Part shown: piece by piece, positions 19,992 to 30,476 of the stretch
How positions within the stretch are numbered: position 1 is the stretch's first letter
How the letters are laid out: the number at the start of each line of letters is the position of its first letter
The notes under the pieces: model-generated
Databases searched by the model: none
What the model was told of the DNA's origin: nothing
What the model saw: only the letters and a program-made list of their open reading frames with translations
Translations under genes and position numbers: made by a program
From: Bdellovibrionales bacterium
GTDB lineage: Bacteria; Bdellovibrionota; Bdellovibrionia; Bdellovibrionales; UBA1609
Direction of reading: 5' to 3'
DNA: 64,000 nucleotides
Assembly: GCA_965203095.1 (NCBI GenBank)
Contig: OZ241877.1
Location: 1,312,001-1,376,000, forward strand

Positions 19992-20285
19992 ATGAAAAGC
20001 ATATTGGTTTTTGGTTTTTTCCTTATTTCTCCTATTTGTTGGGGGGAAGGAGATTTTAAAGGGGTAGAAGTGACGGATGAAAGCTCTACCGAAGCCGGGC
20101 TAAATGATCCGCTACAATCCGGAGAATTTTGTTGTGATAGGGAGCACACTGGTGGTTGGGCACAGGAAATGTCCCCACAGGAAAGCCAAAAAATTGTTCG
20201 ACAAGTTTTAAATACTGTTCCTCGGCCAGCTACCCGGCCCTCTACTCGAAAAAGAGGCACTGGCCCTTCTTCCGGCCAAAGATAA
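19992..20285 (+). CDS. Small secreted disordered protein, positional homologue of Bd0108 (hit)
   Basis: 97 aa from ATG 19992; signal peptide, central Cys pair, low-complexity polar tail ending SGQR. Confidence 0.6.
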   Translation: MKSILVFGFFLISPICWGEGDFKGVEVTDESSTEAGLNDPLQSGEFCCDREHTGGWAQEMSPQESQKIVRQVLNTVPRPATRPSTRKRGTGPSSGQR

Positions 20286-20303
20286 TTCCCTCAACCTTAA
20301 CCC

Positions 20304-21113
20304 TTAGATCCGAAGGCTGAGCCAGATGGCTTGTTGGTAAGCTCTTTGATCTTTTTGAATGCTGTATTCTAAAGAGAGTTTAGGGCTGAAAAAGGCCAAG
20401 CCTCCGGAGATAATGCCCTCTTGATCTTTGTTTCGCCAAAGCCCACCTAACCGGACAGAAAGAAAGGATCGAAAAGAGCTTTCCAGCCCGCCCTTAAAAA
20501 TCCAACTCTGATGAGCTGTTTTAGAAACATCTAAATAGGTTGAAAAAAAATTTTTCCAATCATAATAAAAAGCCAGAGATAATGCTCTTTGATTTTTGTT
20601 TTCTTTTTTGAGGATAGGGCTAAAAAGCAAAGATAAACTCAGCTCCCCCATCCGCAAAACAGAACCTAAGGCTCCGTTCCATTCAGAAGGTTTTAAACCT
20701 TTCTCCACAGTTAGGCCAAGGGATAAATAAGGGAGAACTTTAAACCCGGAGCTGAAGAGCATTTTGTCCCTATCTCTTTTTTTAAAAGAGTCAGACCAAG
20801 CTCTTTGATAGCTGATAGCTACAGGAATTTTGGTTTGATTGTCCAACAAAGACAGCAAAGCCAGTTTTTTGTTTTTTTTAAAAGAGTAGGCTAAAGCCCC
20901 TTTGCTTTGTTGTTGAAAGCCAATAGTTGCCGGATTGATAAGGTAGGAAAAATCTTCTTTTAAAGAGGCCCCTCCTGCCCCCGCTCGCCCTAAGAAAACC
21001 GGAGAGGAAAGCTCCTCCGCATAGCCACTCATAGAGCTGATAAAAAGCCAGAAGATGAATATAAGTTTTTTTTGGGGATCCACAATATCTCGTTTCTCAA
21101 TAGTTATACCCAT
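20304..21113 (-). CDS. Predicted outer-membrane beta-barrel protein
   Basis: LGRAGAG...NPA N-terminal motif and amphipathic strands. Confidence 0.6.
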   Translation of the reverse strand: MGITIEKRDIVDPQKKLIFIFWLFISSMSGYAEELSSPVFLGRAGAGGASLKEDFSYLINPATIGFQQQSKGALAYSFKKNKKLALLSLLDNQTKIPVAISYQRAWSDSFKKRDRDKMLFSSGFKVLPYLSLGLTVEKGLKPSEWNGALGSVLRMGELSLSLLFSPILKKENKNQRALSLAFYYDWKNFFSTYLDVSKTAHQSWIFKGGLESSFRSFLSVRLGGLWRNKDQEGIISGGLAFFSPKLSLEYSIQKDQRAYQQAIWLSLRI

Positions 21114-21160
21114 TTTGTTTTGAAAATTCCTGCCCTTTCTACTCTGTTTTGAACTGTATC
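21113..21160 (+). repeat. Partial copy of the 74-bp MITE-like repeat
   Basis: ATTTTGTTTTGAAAATTCCTGCCCTTTCTACTCTGTTTTGA matches 25563-25636 and 43829-43902. Confidence 0.7.
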
Positions 21161-21255
21161 AGCCCAAAACCGTTAAAAACACAATGGGAATTTGTGGAAT
21201 AATAACTTAAAAGAGATGACTTGTCTATATTCGAACCAGTCATTCCTGTAAGTTT

Positions 21256-22716
21256 TCAGTCATCTCTTCTGATGCAAACGGACAGATAGGGTGGGCATAG
21301 TTTATAAAATTTTTCGTCAGCAACATTTTGAATATCATTTGGATGGGAGGTGCAGTCATCTTGTTTCTCTGGGTCATATTCAAACCGTGGCATCATATCG
21401 GCTGTTCCAATAATATGAGAGATTGTATGACATTGATTATCATTTGGGACGACACAGAGTTGATTGGTGGATTTACCAGGCACTACTACTGTTCCTACTT
21501 TAAGAGGCCAACTGCTTCTCTGGAATGTTTTATCAAAAACCCATCTAATGTTACCAGGGAGGTCTCTTGGGTTTTTGATGTGACAATAACCTTCTTCTGC
21601 TATTTCAAGGTTGCTTTGACTTATCACTTCTGCTTGTTTAAACCGAGGGTTCCCGGCAGAGTCAGGACGCATCATTTTGTTAAAAGGGTTATCCTCAAAA
21701 CTTTTAGAACGAAGAATCATAAATCGGAAGTCATCCCGGCACTCCCAAGCTCCTTGAGATTCAGTAGTGGCCAGATCTTCTTCGTGAATATCCACTAAAT
21801 AGTCACCTTTATAGGGGTCATTGAATTGTAGTTTGTAGCCTCTTCCATAAGGTCGTCGTTCTCCAGAGTATATTGTTTTTCCATTTAAGACATATTTTAG
21901 AGCCAGAAGGTAGTCTCCTATACTGCTTTTTTCCAGTTGTAAAGCCCTCCTCCGCAATTCCCAACCACTTGGGTAGGGCAGGAAGGCCTGCCATATTCCA
22001 CCACCTTGAGTTTGGTCTCTGTGTGTACTTCTTGTGGTGAACACTCCTTCTGGGTATGCCCTGCTGAGGTTCTCTAAAGTGTTTGGGTTGGACAAAATTG
22101 GAAACCAGCTAAAAATATCCCTCCTTATTTTTACCGTGCGAGACGGATCAGTTTCATCCTGTAGTCCTATACGAACCACAGTGTTTTTAAAAGGGGATCG
22201 GTTGAGCTTTTCCAGGATTTCCCCAGGCTTACTATCATCCGATAAATTGTTGTTGCTTATAAAATCTCTGTTCAGTGTGAGGCCCTTCTGGTGAACAGCA
22301 GAAACTTCTAAAGTCCAATGTTTACCGTCGACCAACCGCCATAGGCCATAGCAAGTTGCCACTGATATTTTGTCTATTACTAAGTCATAAGGCAAATCAC
22401 TTTTGCTTCGAGCAGTGATAGCTCCTGCTGAGCTACTATAAGCCCCGCCCACTCCGGAGGGGTAGCCATTAGAACCACCTGCACCTACTGGACCGCCAGC
22501 CCCAGCATTGCCTGCCGAGTTATTGGAAAGGCCATTATTATTTCCTAAAGCATTATTACCGTAAGGATTATTGCCTCGGTTTTGAGCATTACTGCCGTAA
22601 TAGTTACCGTTATTGTAGGGGGAACTCCTTGAGGGAAAAGTGGAAGGGCCGAACGAGCAGGCCGGAAATAATAAAGGTCCACTCAGTAGGAATATAGAAA
22701 TTTTAATGTTTCTCAT
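21256..22716 (-). CDS. Hypothetical lipoprotein with Gly/Asn-rich N-terminal linker
   Basis: Start re-assigned to ATG 22716 (lipobox FPAC); Cys-rich C-terminus. Confidence 0.7.
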   Translation of the reverse strand: MRNIKISIFLLSGPLLFPACSFGPSTFPSRSSPYNNGNYYGSNAQNRGNNPYGNNALGNNNGLSNNSAGNAGAGGPVGAGGSNGYPSGVGGAYSSSAGAITARSKSDLPYDLVIDKISVATCYGLWRLVDGKHWTLEVSAVHQKGLTLNRDFISNNNLSDDSKPGEILEKLNRSPFKNTVVRIGLQDETDPSRTVKIRRDIFSWFPILSNPNTLENLSRAYPEGVFTTRSTHRDQTQGGGIWQAFLPYPSGWELRRRALQLEKSSIGDYLLALKYVLNGKTIYSGERRPYGRGYKLQFNDPYKGDYLVDIHEEDLATTESQGAWECRDDFRFMILRSKSFEDNPFNKMMRPDSAGNPRFKQAEVISQSNLEIAEEGYCHIKNPRDLPGNIRWVFDKTFQRSSWPLKVGTVVVPGKSTNQLCVVPNDNQCHTISHIIGTADMMPRFEYDPEKQDDCTSHPNDIQNVADEKFYKLCPPYLSVCIRRDD

Positions 22717-22723
22717 ATAAGGA

Positions 22724-22751
22724 ATATCGGCAGGTTGGAGCCATTTCTTTA
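22724..22751 (-). promoter_or_regulatory. Sigma28 (FliA)-like promoter
   Basis: TAAA-N16-GCCGATAT, 7 nt before ATG 22716. Confidence 0.55.
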
Positions 22752-22811
22752 GAGTTTTTTTGAGCATATCGAGAAAAAATTTGCTAAAATGCCTCAAAAA
22801 GCCCATATACT

Positions 22812-24782
22812 ATGTTTTTTTATTTCAAAATCGCCACTAAAGCCCCTTTATTCAAAAATCTGACCTACAAATTTACAAAAGATCTGGATATAGGACAAAG
22901 GGTTAAAGTCCCCTTAGGCCAAAGAGTGGTTAATGCTTTGGTTGTTGAAAAGCTCCCCAGCCCGCCCTCTTCAAAAAGGCTGATAAAAGAGGTTTTAGAA
23001 GTAGACGAAGGCTCTCCCCCTCTTGGCTGGCACAGGGTCCAGTGGCTGAAATGGATGAGCAATTACTATCATTATTCTTTAGGGATGGTTGCTGATATGT
23101 GCTTTCTCCCTCAAAAAAAGTTTAAAAAAACAGTCCCTCTACAAAAAGCAGATGCTATTTTATTAAATAAAAGAAAAGCCTTTATAAATTTAAACCCTGA
23201 ACAAAGCCTTTGCTTGGCACAAATTGAGAAAAGCACTGGTTTTAAAGTCCATTTAATTCATGGGGTGACGGGTAGTGGCAAAACCGAAATTTATAAAGAG
23301 CTGATTTACAGCACATTGAACCGAGGTCAGCAGGCTTTGGTTTTGCTTCCAGAAATATTTTTAACACCTCAAATCCTGCAAAGGCTTTCCGAAAGCTTTT
23401 CCGGGCAAATTGCCCTTTTGCACTCACAAATTACTACCCGGCAAAAAAAATCAGCCTGGCAATCCCTGCTTTCTGCCAAAAAAAATCTTTTGGTGGGCAC
23501 TCGATCGGCTCTGTTTTGCCCTTTGCCACACCTTGGGCTTATAATTATAGATGAAGAGCATGATTCCAGTTTTAAGCAGGAAGAGAAGTTTCGCTATCAT
23601 GCCAGGGACTCGGCCAGTGTTTTGGCTAAGGAGTTAGGCATTCCCCTTGTTTTAGGCTCGGCCACTCCTGATTTTTCCTCCTATCAAAAAGCTTTGAGTA
23701 AAAAATACCAACTCCATGAGCTAAAAAAACGAGCCCTCACACAAAACTTGCCCTCTGTAACCGTGGTGGATCTGAAACAAAGATCAACAGGGAATCGGCC
23801 TTTTTGGTTGAGTGATACCCTGTTTGAAAAAATGAACCAAACATTGCAAAGGGGCCAGCAGGTGGCTTTATTTTTGAACCGAAGGGGGCAGGCCAGGGCC
23901 TTAATTTGCCCGCAATGTGGCCACACTCAAAAGTGTTTGAACTGTGACATCAGCTTGACCCTGCATCAGGAAATCTATTTGCTTTGCCATTATTGCTCTT
24001 ATATGGAGCAAAAAGCCTCTCACTGCCCCTCTTGCAAAGGCTCTCGTTGGTTAGAGCGAGGGATAGGCACACAAAAGGCACAAAAAGAGTTGGAACGGCT
24101 TTTCCCTCAATTTAAAACTTTTCGGGTGGATAGAGACAACATTCAATCCAAAGAGGATATGGAGAATTTTATTAAAATTATGGAAAAGGAAGAGGCTCAA
24201 ATCATCTTAGGCACTCAAATGCTTTCTAAGGGGCTTAACTTTCCCTCTATTTATTTAGTGGGTTTGATTTTAGCGGATATGGATTTTCATTTTCCGGATT
24301 TTAGAGCTGAGGAGCGAACCTTCCAAACCCTGCTCCAGATGGCGGGCCGGGCGGGGCGGATGGCTAAGGGAGAGGTGGTGCTTCAAACCTTTAACCCCAA
24401 GCATGCCAGCATTTTTTTTGCTAAAAATCATGATTATAAAGGTTTTTTTTATGAAGGAATCCAAAGCCGGAAAAAATGGCTTTACCCACCTTTTGCTCGC
24501 CTTTGCCTTTTAAAAATGGACAGCTTAAAGGAGAACGCGGGGAGGGAGCTATCTGAAGACATAGCCAACAAAGCCAAAAAACTTGCGGGAAGGGGAATAG
24601 TGGTTTTAGGCCCCAGTCCGGCCCCTTTGAGCAAGATCAAAAATCGCTATCGTTTTCAAATTTTAATTAAAGGCTTAAGCCATAAGCTTTTATCTGATTT
24701 TTTAAAAACTCTTTGGCCTCAAATTAAGAAGAAGTCTTTTGTTCAATTTAAGGTGGATCGAGATCCCCTCTCTATGCTTTAA
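22812..24782 (+). CDS. priA: Primosomal protein N' (replication restart helicase)
   Basis: GVTGSGKT, DEEH, four CxxC pairs, QMAGRAGR. Confidence 0.97.
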   Translation: MFFYFKIATKAPLFKNLTYKFTKDLDIGQRVKVPLGQRVVNALVVEKLPSPPSSKRLIKEVLEVDEGSPPLGWHRVQWLKWMSNYYHYSLGMVADMCFLPQKKFKKTVPLQKADAILLNKRKAFINLNPEQSLCLAQIEKSTGFKVHLIHGVTGSGKTEIYKELIYSTLNRGQQALVLLPEIFLTPQILQRLSESFSGQIALLHSQITTRQKKSAWQSLLSAKKNLLVGTRSALFCPLPHLGLIIIDEEHDSSFKQEEKFRYHARDSASVLAKELGIPLVLGSATPDFSSYQKALSKKYQLHELKKRALTQNLPSVTVVDLKQRSTGNRPFWLSDTLFEKMNQTLQRGQQVALFLNRRGQARALICPQCGHTQKCLNCDISLTLHQEIYLLCHYCSYMEQKASHCPSCKGSRWLERGIGTQKAQKELERLFPQFKTFRVDRDNIQSKEDMENFIKIMEKEEAQIILGTQMLSKGLNFPSIYLVGLILADMDFHFPDFRAEERTFQTLLQMAGRAGRMAKGEVVLQTFNPKHASIFFAKNHDYKGFFYEGIQSRKKWLYPPFARLCLLKMDSLKENAGRELSEDIANKAKKLAGRGIVVLGPSPAPLSKIKNRYRFQILIKGLSHKLLSDFLKTLWPQIKKKSFVQFKVDRDPLSML

Positions 24783-24789
24783 GAAGCAT

Positions 24790-25524
24790 TTAAAACCGAT
24801 CTCTTAGCTTTCTGATTTTAGCCAATTCTGCTGGGGACTGGGCCTCAAAAAAGGGGTTGGTTAAAAGCTCCTCTTCTAAACGAAAGGGCACAGTGGGCTG
24901 GCCCTGTTTTCTTAAAGCAGATATTTTTTTAAATCTTTTGTTCAGCTCCAAGTGAGAAGGATTCAGGCTTAAGGCAAAATGGGCGTTTTTCAAGCTGTAT
25001 TCATGAGCACAATAGATTTGGCTGTCCTGAGGTAGTTTTTTTATCTTGTTTAGGCTGGAGAACATTTGCTCTGGAGATCCCTCAAAAAGCCTCCCGCAAC
25101 CCATGGCAAAAACCGTGTCCCCACAAAATAAAATTTTATTCTCTTTATTCCAAAAAGCAATATGCCCCAAGGTATGGCCAGGGACAAATAAAACATCAAA
25201 CCGCAAAGCCCCTACAGATAAACTATCCCCTTCCTCTAAGGCAAAGTCTATACCGGGGATCCGGTCCTGATCTCCTTTAAAACCGTAAATGGGGCAACTC
25301 CAAAATTCTTTTAGCTTTAAATTCCCCCCTGTGTGATCAAAATGATGGTGGGTAGTTAAAATACAGTTTAATTTTAAGTTTTGTTTTTTTAAAAAACTTT
25401 GAACAGCCTCTGCGGAACCGGGGTCAATTACAGCTGTTTTATTGCCAGTAGATTCATGAAGAATATAAATGTAATTGTCTTCCCATATTGGAATTTGATG
25501 GATTTTAAAGCTCATAAGGCTCAA
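24790..25524 (-). CDS. gloB: Hydroxyacylglutathione hydrolase (glyoxalase II)
   Basis: THHHFDHTGG, PGHT, GCGRLFEG, CAHEY. Confidence 0.93.
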   Translation of the reverse strand: MSLMSFKIHQIPIWEDNYIYILHESTGNKTAVIDPGSAEAVQSFLKKQNLKLNCILTTHHHFDHTGGNLKLKEFWSCPIYGFKGDQDRIPGIDFALEEGDSLSVGALRFDVLFVPGHTLGHIAFWNKENKILFCGDTVFAMGCGRLFEGSPEQMFSSLNKIKKLPQDSQIYCAHEYSLKNAHFALSLNPSHLELNKRFKKISALRKQGQPTVPFRLEEELLTNPFFEAQSPAELAKIRKLRDRF

Positions 25525-25562
25525 TCTAAAAATTTAAGAGCATTTTAAGAGAGACCTCATTT

Positions 25563-25636
25563 TATACTGATTTTGTTTGAAAATTCCTGCTCCCTCTACT
25601 CTGTTTTGACCGGAAATCTTAACTGTAATCATTATA
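25563..25636 (+). repeat. 74-bp MITE-like repeat
   Basis: TATACTGAT...AATCATTATA; homologous to 43829-43902. Confidence 0.8.
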
Positions 25637-25726
25637 ACAGAGAATCAACATAAAAAACAACTTTTTTTTGGTTCATGACTTCGCTGACAGAATTGAGTTG
25701 AGTTTCTTTATCCAAAGGCGACTAAA

Positions 25727-25919
25727 TAATTGCCCGTGAAAAAACTCTATAATTTACGAGGGACTCTTCAGTTTCTTTGCCTAAAGGTCCGTCCCATTTC
25801 GAGACGGCAATACCTTGGACCCTCATGGAACGGCCCTTTAGGCAAAAGTCATTGAAAAGCCTGCCCCTGTAAAAGCAGGGAATGAGAGAGGCTTACTGAG
25901 GATTTTTCACAGGCGACTA
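25727..25919 (+). repeat. Hairpin-carrying MITE-like element, copy A
   Basis: Ends TAATTGCCCGTGAAAAA / TTTTTCACAGGCGACTA; hairpin at 25776-25846. Confidence 0.85.
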
Positions 25920-25973
25920 ATAGGGAGTCTAAACTTTTGACCTGTTAATAAGCCTCAAAAAAATCAAGTTTTT

Positions 25974-28136
25974 TTGATAAAAAAGCTGAAAAATTATATT
26001 ATAAAGAGCATGTTTTGGATTAGTGCTTTTTTCAAGGGGCTTGTTCGGCATAAATGGGTTTTAGTTTTAAAGTCCGGATTTTTTTTGATTGGCTTTGGCT
26101 TGGCCGATTTTTCTAAAGCAGGCGAAGAGGAAAAAGCCCATATTTGTTTTTTTGAATTGAACAACACCACCACCAGCAAAAATCTTAAAAAAAAATTTGG
26201 TGAGCAGGATCCAAAATGCCCTCGCCGAAAGGAATACTCTAACAATAACACAGTCATTCACTGCTATCAGCCTCAACAGGGAAACACAGGCAATTATGCT
26301 TTTGAGCGAATGATCCAAACTATGAGTAGTGAAGGAGAACATTGTGATGGCTTAGTTATATCCGGGCATCACACAGGGGATTGGTATGGTGAAACAGGCA
26401 AAATGTATTTAAAATCTATAGAAGCCCTTTCCTGTAAAAAAGAATATGAGGATTGGTTTAAAAATGTTAAAGCCCTTTGGTTGGATGGCTGTAATACAGT
26501 TACAGATAATTTTATTGAATCTACAGGCATTATCAAAACAGCAGATTCAGAGTCTGTTAGGGTGGCCGGTAAAGAGCTTACTGAACAAAAATTAAAAAAA
26601 ATTACACCGAGGATACAAAACCTTCAACAATCTTATACTGCCTCCTTAGACGAAAACACTCCCCTTAGCTCTCGATATTTAAGAATGTTCCCTAACACAC
26701 AAATTTATGGCTTTAATGGGGCCGCCCCTGAAGGCGATCCACGAAAAAACAATCAAGTGGGTTCGCAAAGTTTTATTTTTCAGCATTTGAGCCTTTTAGG
26801 GCAAGCCATAGATGCAGAAAGTGAAAACTCTAAAAATCTGTCGGATTTTAGGAAAGGTTTAAATGCTTTGTTTTTTGAAGACCCTTGCGATGGCACAGAG
26901 GAGTGGGAACAAGTGAGCCAGCAGGCCGAGTTTTCTGGTGTAGAGAATCAAGATTACGACGAGGCTCGCCGTTTAGGTTGTGACTTGACCTTGGCTCAAC
27001 AGGTTTTAGATAAACCAAAAAAATCAAAATCCTCTGTTAAAAATTTAGCCGAGAGAATCCAAAAAGATCCCAGGTATGATAATAATACAGAGGCTAAACA
27101 CTTGGCCAATAAACTTGTCAAAAACCCTTCTGACTCTGAAGGGGCTGTCCGTTTGGCCCAGCTGGCCATTATTCAGACATTAAAAGATGTGGGCCAAGCG
27201 GATCAAGATGTGGGTGAAGTAGACAAGAGCTACTCTCATATCCTGTTCAACAGCATTTATGATACTTGGAATACGGCTAAAAAATCTAAAGATTCTCGTT
27301 TTTTAGATCAAGTGAAATTGGAATTAAAAAAAGAAAGCTGGACAAAATCTCTTACAGAAAGAATTACATCCCCGCACACTGCCTCTTTAAGAAAGGGAGA
27401 TTATATAAAATTTTATTCTGAAATTTATGGGATAAAAAACCCTAATAACTTGCCGAGGTTTGCTCAAAAAGGCATTCAAGATCTGCTCACAAAGGTAGAA
27501 GGGGTTTTCCCGGATTTACAATCTCCTAAAAATCTCAATTTAGATATTCGGGCAAAAAGGGCCTTAGCTGTTTCTGTTGTGGATCAGCTCAGGCAATATG
27601 GCTTACTATCGGAGGACCAGATGACAAATTTAGTTAAAAATAAAAAGCTGTTTCCAGAAGAGACTAAAAACCCCTTTGTGGCTGACAATTCTATCCGACT
27701 CCAGTTTGCTGTGGATGAAAGCCAAATCCTCCCTATAATTCAACAGGAAACAAATTCTGCTTATAGGATAGGAGCTGTTAGGGTGGGGACAGAGATCTAC
27801 TTACGACAGAATAAAAAGCCTGAGTTAGAGGAGATAGCTCAAGCCATAAAACTTGCCGAGGGCCAGAGTATCGAACCGGGGGATCCTGCTTATGAATTGT
27901 GGATGAAATTACACAAGCACCTTAAGAACAAAGGGATGATCCACTACAGCAGAAAACAAGAGAAATGGCAGGCCAACTCGGCTGGGGAAAATTTTATATA
28001 TGAACTGACTGAAAACTCTCGTCACTTAGGGAGGATAGTTTTAGGTTATGTGGATAGTAATTTTAGTACACAAACAAAGGAAAGCCTTAAAAACAAAATG
28101 GATGAAAGGACACATCCTGCCAAGAAGTTTTTATAA
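25974..28136 (+). CDS. Large exported hypothetical protein with possible caspase/CHAT-like His-Cys domain
   Basis: N-terminal hydrophobic segment; GLVISGH and LWLDGC motifs; exact start uncertain. Confidence 0.65.
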   Translation: MIKKLKNYIIKSMFWISAFFKGLVRHKWVLVLKSGFFLIGFGLADFSKAGEEEKAHICFFELNNTTTSKNLKKKFGEQDPKCPRRKEYSNNNTVIHCYQPQQGNTGNYAFERMIQTMSSEGEHCDGLVISGHHTGDWYGETGKMYLKSIEALSCKKEYEDWFKNVKALWLDGCNTVTDNFIESTGIIKTADSESVRVAGKELTEQKLKKITPRIQNLQQSYTASLDENTPLSSRYLRMFPNTQIYGFNGAAPEGDPRKNNQVGSQSFIFQHLSLLGQAIDAESENSKNLSDFRKGLNALFFEDPCDGTEEWEQVSQQAEFSGVENQDYDEARRLGCDLTLAQQVLDKPKKSKSSVKNLAERIQKDPRYDNNTEAKHLANKLVKNPSDSEGAVRLAQLAIIQTLKDVGQADQDVGEVDKSYSHILFNSIYDTWNTAKKSKDSRFLDQVKLELKKESWTKSLTERITSPHTASLRKGDYIKFYSEIYGIKNPNNLPRFAQKGIQDLLTKVEGVFPDLQSPKNLNLDIRAKRALAVSVVDQLRQYGLLSEDQMTNLVKNKKLFPEETKNPFVADNSIRLQFAVDESQILPIIQQETNSAYRIGAVRVGTEIYLRQNKKPELEEIAQAIKLAEGQSIEPGDPAYELWMKLHKHLKNKGMIHYSRKQEKWQANSAGENFIYELTENSRHLGRIVLGYVDSNFSTQTKESLKNKMDERTHPAKKFL

Positions 28137-28198
28137 GATCTGGAATAAAGCAACACATACTTTTAAGCAAAGAGCTTTTCACAGGCATTTGTTAAGGC

Positions 28199-30202
28199 TT
28201 AGAAATCTAAAACAGCTTGAGTGATAGAGTCTCTATCCAAACCAAAAAGTTTATACAGATCTAAAGCTTTGTAAGCACTTCGCCCAAAAGTCCCTCTAAC
28301 AGCCAAACATTTGATTTGAGAAATATTGGCTCCCGCCTCAGTTAAAGACAGAATCAAAGTGGAGGCCATCCCCCCTTTGATTTGATGTTCCTCCACTGTT
28401 AAAAGTCTTCCCCCACAAATATTCAACCAATGAGCTATGTTTTTTGTATCGGGATGGCTCACACAGGGGCTATTTATTACCACAACGCCTTGGCCCCTTT
28501 GGCTTAAATTTTTTCCGGCCAGCAAAGCCTCTTGAACTAAAGGCCCACAGGTGACGATTAAAACAGGCTTTGTTTGCTTTGAGTTGTTGAGTAAAACTTG
28601 TGCTCGATTCAAGCTATAAGATGAGGCAGAAAAAGATTCAGGAAAAGTTTCCCGACCTAAGAAGAAGATTTGGCTTTCAGGCACAGTGCCGGCTTTTCTC
28701 TCTTGATAAAAAATCTTCACGGCTTGAGACAAAAGATGATAAGCCTCCTCCGCACAACTCAAAGCATAAACTCTGGTTTTAGGAAGGGATATAGTGTTTG
28801 CAAAATAAGAAAGAGCTTGATGAGAGGCACCGTCTGCCGCATCTTGAAAACCCCCGTGAGAGAAAACCCCTATCACCGGGGCTTGAGACAAAGCACTCAT
28901 AATCAAAGGCAAACTGCCTTTAGTGACTGCAAACTGGGCGAATGTATCCACCACAGGCAAAAAACCCTGTTTAGAAAAGCCCACAGCAGAGCTTATCATA
29001 TTGGCCTCCGCCACCCCAACATCAAAGGAATATTCAGGAAACTCTTTTCTAAAACCAGCCAGCCCTGTAGATCCTTGAAGATCAGAGCTTATGGACACAA
29101 TGGGAACTCCTTTTTGTTTTTGCTCTATCAAAGCTTTTGAAATGCCAGCTTGTGTTTTTTTAAGAGGGAGCGGAGAGGGAGGATTTTTTTTATATCGAGA
29201 TTGAATGTCCTCAACCCATTTATAAATTTCATGTGGTGGATTTTTCCCCTCATAAATTTCCTGAATAAAATCTAAAAGTTTTTCTGGAGTTTTTAAGGGG
29301 AAACCATGCCCTCCTGAAGAATCCTCTACAGTTTGTTTAACACCAAAGCCTTTTTGAGTTTTAAAAATTAAAGCCATAGGATTTTGCGGATTTTTTTGAG
29401 CCTTTTCCAAAGATTCTTTAAGAGAAAAAAACACTGTCTCTAAATGATTCCCTTTAGAGATCCAAGAGCTGTCCCAACCCATAGCCTGCAAGCTTTTTAA
29501 AAAAGGTTGGAGGGAAAAGCTGTCTTCATCAATCCGGCCGGTCAGTTTGGTATTGTTGTCACTGATAAGCAATAAAAAAGGGTTCAACTGATTTTTTTGG
29601 GCAAAACCAGGGATAGCACTTAAGGCTTCTTTAGTTTCTCCCTCCATACAAGCCCCATCACTTAAAGTGGTAATTGTCATCCGGCTGTTGCCTAAAAGTT
29701 TGTCTGCCATACACAATCCTTGAGCTTGAGCCACAGTGGAACCCAAAGGCCCATTACTCAAATAAACTCCTTTAGGAAACAGATGGGCTTCTCCATGACC
29801 TGTGAGAAAGCTCTCAACAGATCGAAATTTTTTTAAATGTTCTATATTCAGCCCCGCACAACCATAGTTGGCTTTTAATGCATAGAGGCCGTTTTCACAG
29901 TGGCCGGCATCATTGATGAGATGAAATAAATCAAACCAGTTTTGTTTTTTTTGCTTTGCTGTCCAAAATAAAAGGCTGTGAAGGGAGGACATGATCTCTG
30001 CAAAAGCGGATGGTCCCCCCCAGTGGCTGGCCGCTCCGCCTAAGCCTGCCTCCATATCCATACAAGCTAATAAGGCCCGTGTGGCCTTAGGATCTGGTAA
30101 ATGAAAAACATTTCCAGAAGAATCCTTAATGGGCACAGCAAATTTTGGAAGAGAGGAGGGCTGAGTAAAAAGCGGAACTAAAGAAGAGGATGGATGAGAC
30201 AT
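28199..30202 (-). CDS. tkt: Transketolase (single chain)
   Basis: SHWGG, LTGHGE, GPLG, SDGACMEGE, GVAEANM, DGASHQ. Confidence 0.88.
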   Translation of the reverse strand: MSHPSSSLVPLFTQPSSLPKFAVPIKDSSGNVFHLPDPKATRALLACMDMEAGLGGAASHWGGPSAFAEIMSSLHSLLFWTAKQKKQNWFDLFHLINDAGHCENGLYALKANYGCAGLNIEHLKKFRSVESFLTGHGEAHLFPKGVYLSNGPLGSTVAQAQGLCMADKLLGNSRMTITTLSDGACMEGETKEALSAIPGFAQKNQLNPFLLLISDNNTKLTGRIDEDSFSLQPFLKSLQAMGWDSSWISKGNHLETVFFSLKESLEKAQKNPQNPMALIFKTQKGFGVKQTVEDSSGGHGFPLKTPEKLLDFIQEIYEGKNPPHEIYKWVEDIQSRYKKNPPSPLPLKKTQAGISKALIEQKQKGVPIVSISSDLQGSTGLAGFRKEFPEYSFDVGVAEANMISSAVGFSKQGFLPVVDTFAQFAVTKGSLPLIMSALSQAPVIGVFSHGGFQDAADGASHQALSYFANTISLPKTRVYALSCAEEAYHLLSQAVKIFYQERKAGTVPESQIFFLGRETFPESFSASSYSLNRAQVLLNNSKQTKPVLIVTCGPLVQEALLAGKNLSQRGQGVVVINSPCVSHPDTKNIAHWLNICGGRLLTVEEHQIKGGMASTLILSLTEAGANISQIKCLAVRGTFGRSAYKALDLYKLFGLDRDSITQAVLDF

Positions 30203-30476
30203 AATTCCCTATATGGCTTATGCAAGCTATTAAATACAGAACTAAGTAAAAACATGATTTTTTAAAAAAAACCAGTCTAAAAAAAATCAATTCTTAACAA
30301 AATCTTAAAACTTTTTTGATTGCCTCTTATTTTGCTTGTGGAGCTATTATATCTTAACAAAATCTTAACATAAGCTAAAAAAAGCCCGACTAAAATTTGT
30401 GTTTCTCTTTGTTAAGATTAGGTCAATTGCCTTTTCAGGTCTTTAAGCAAGTGGGCAACTATGCTAATATAAGAAT

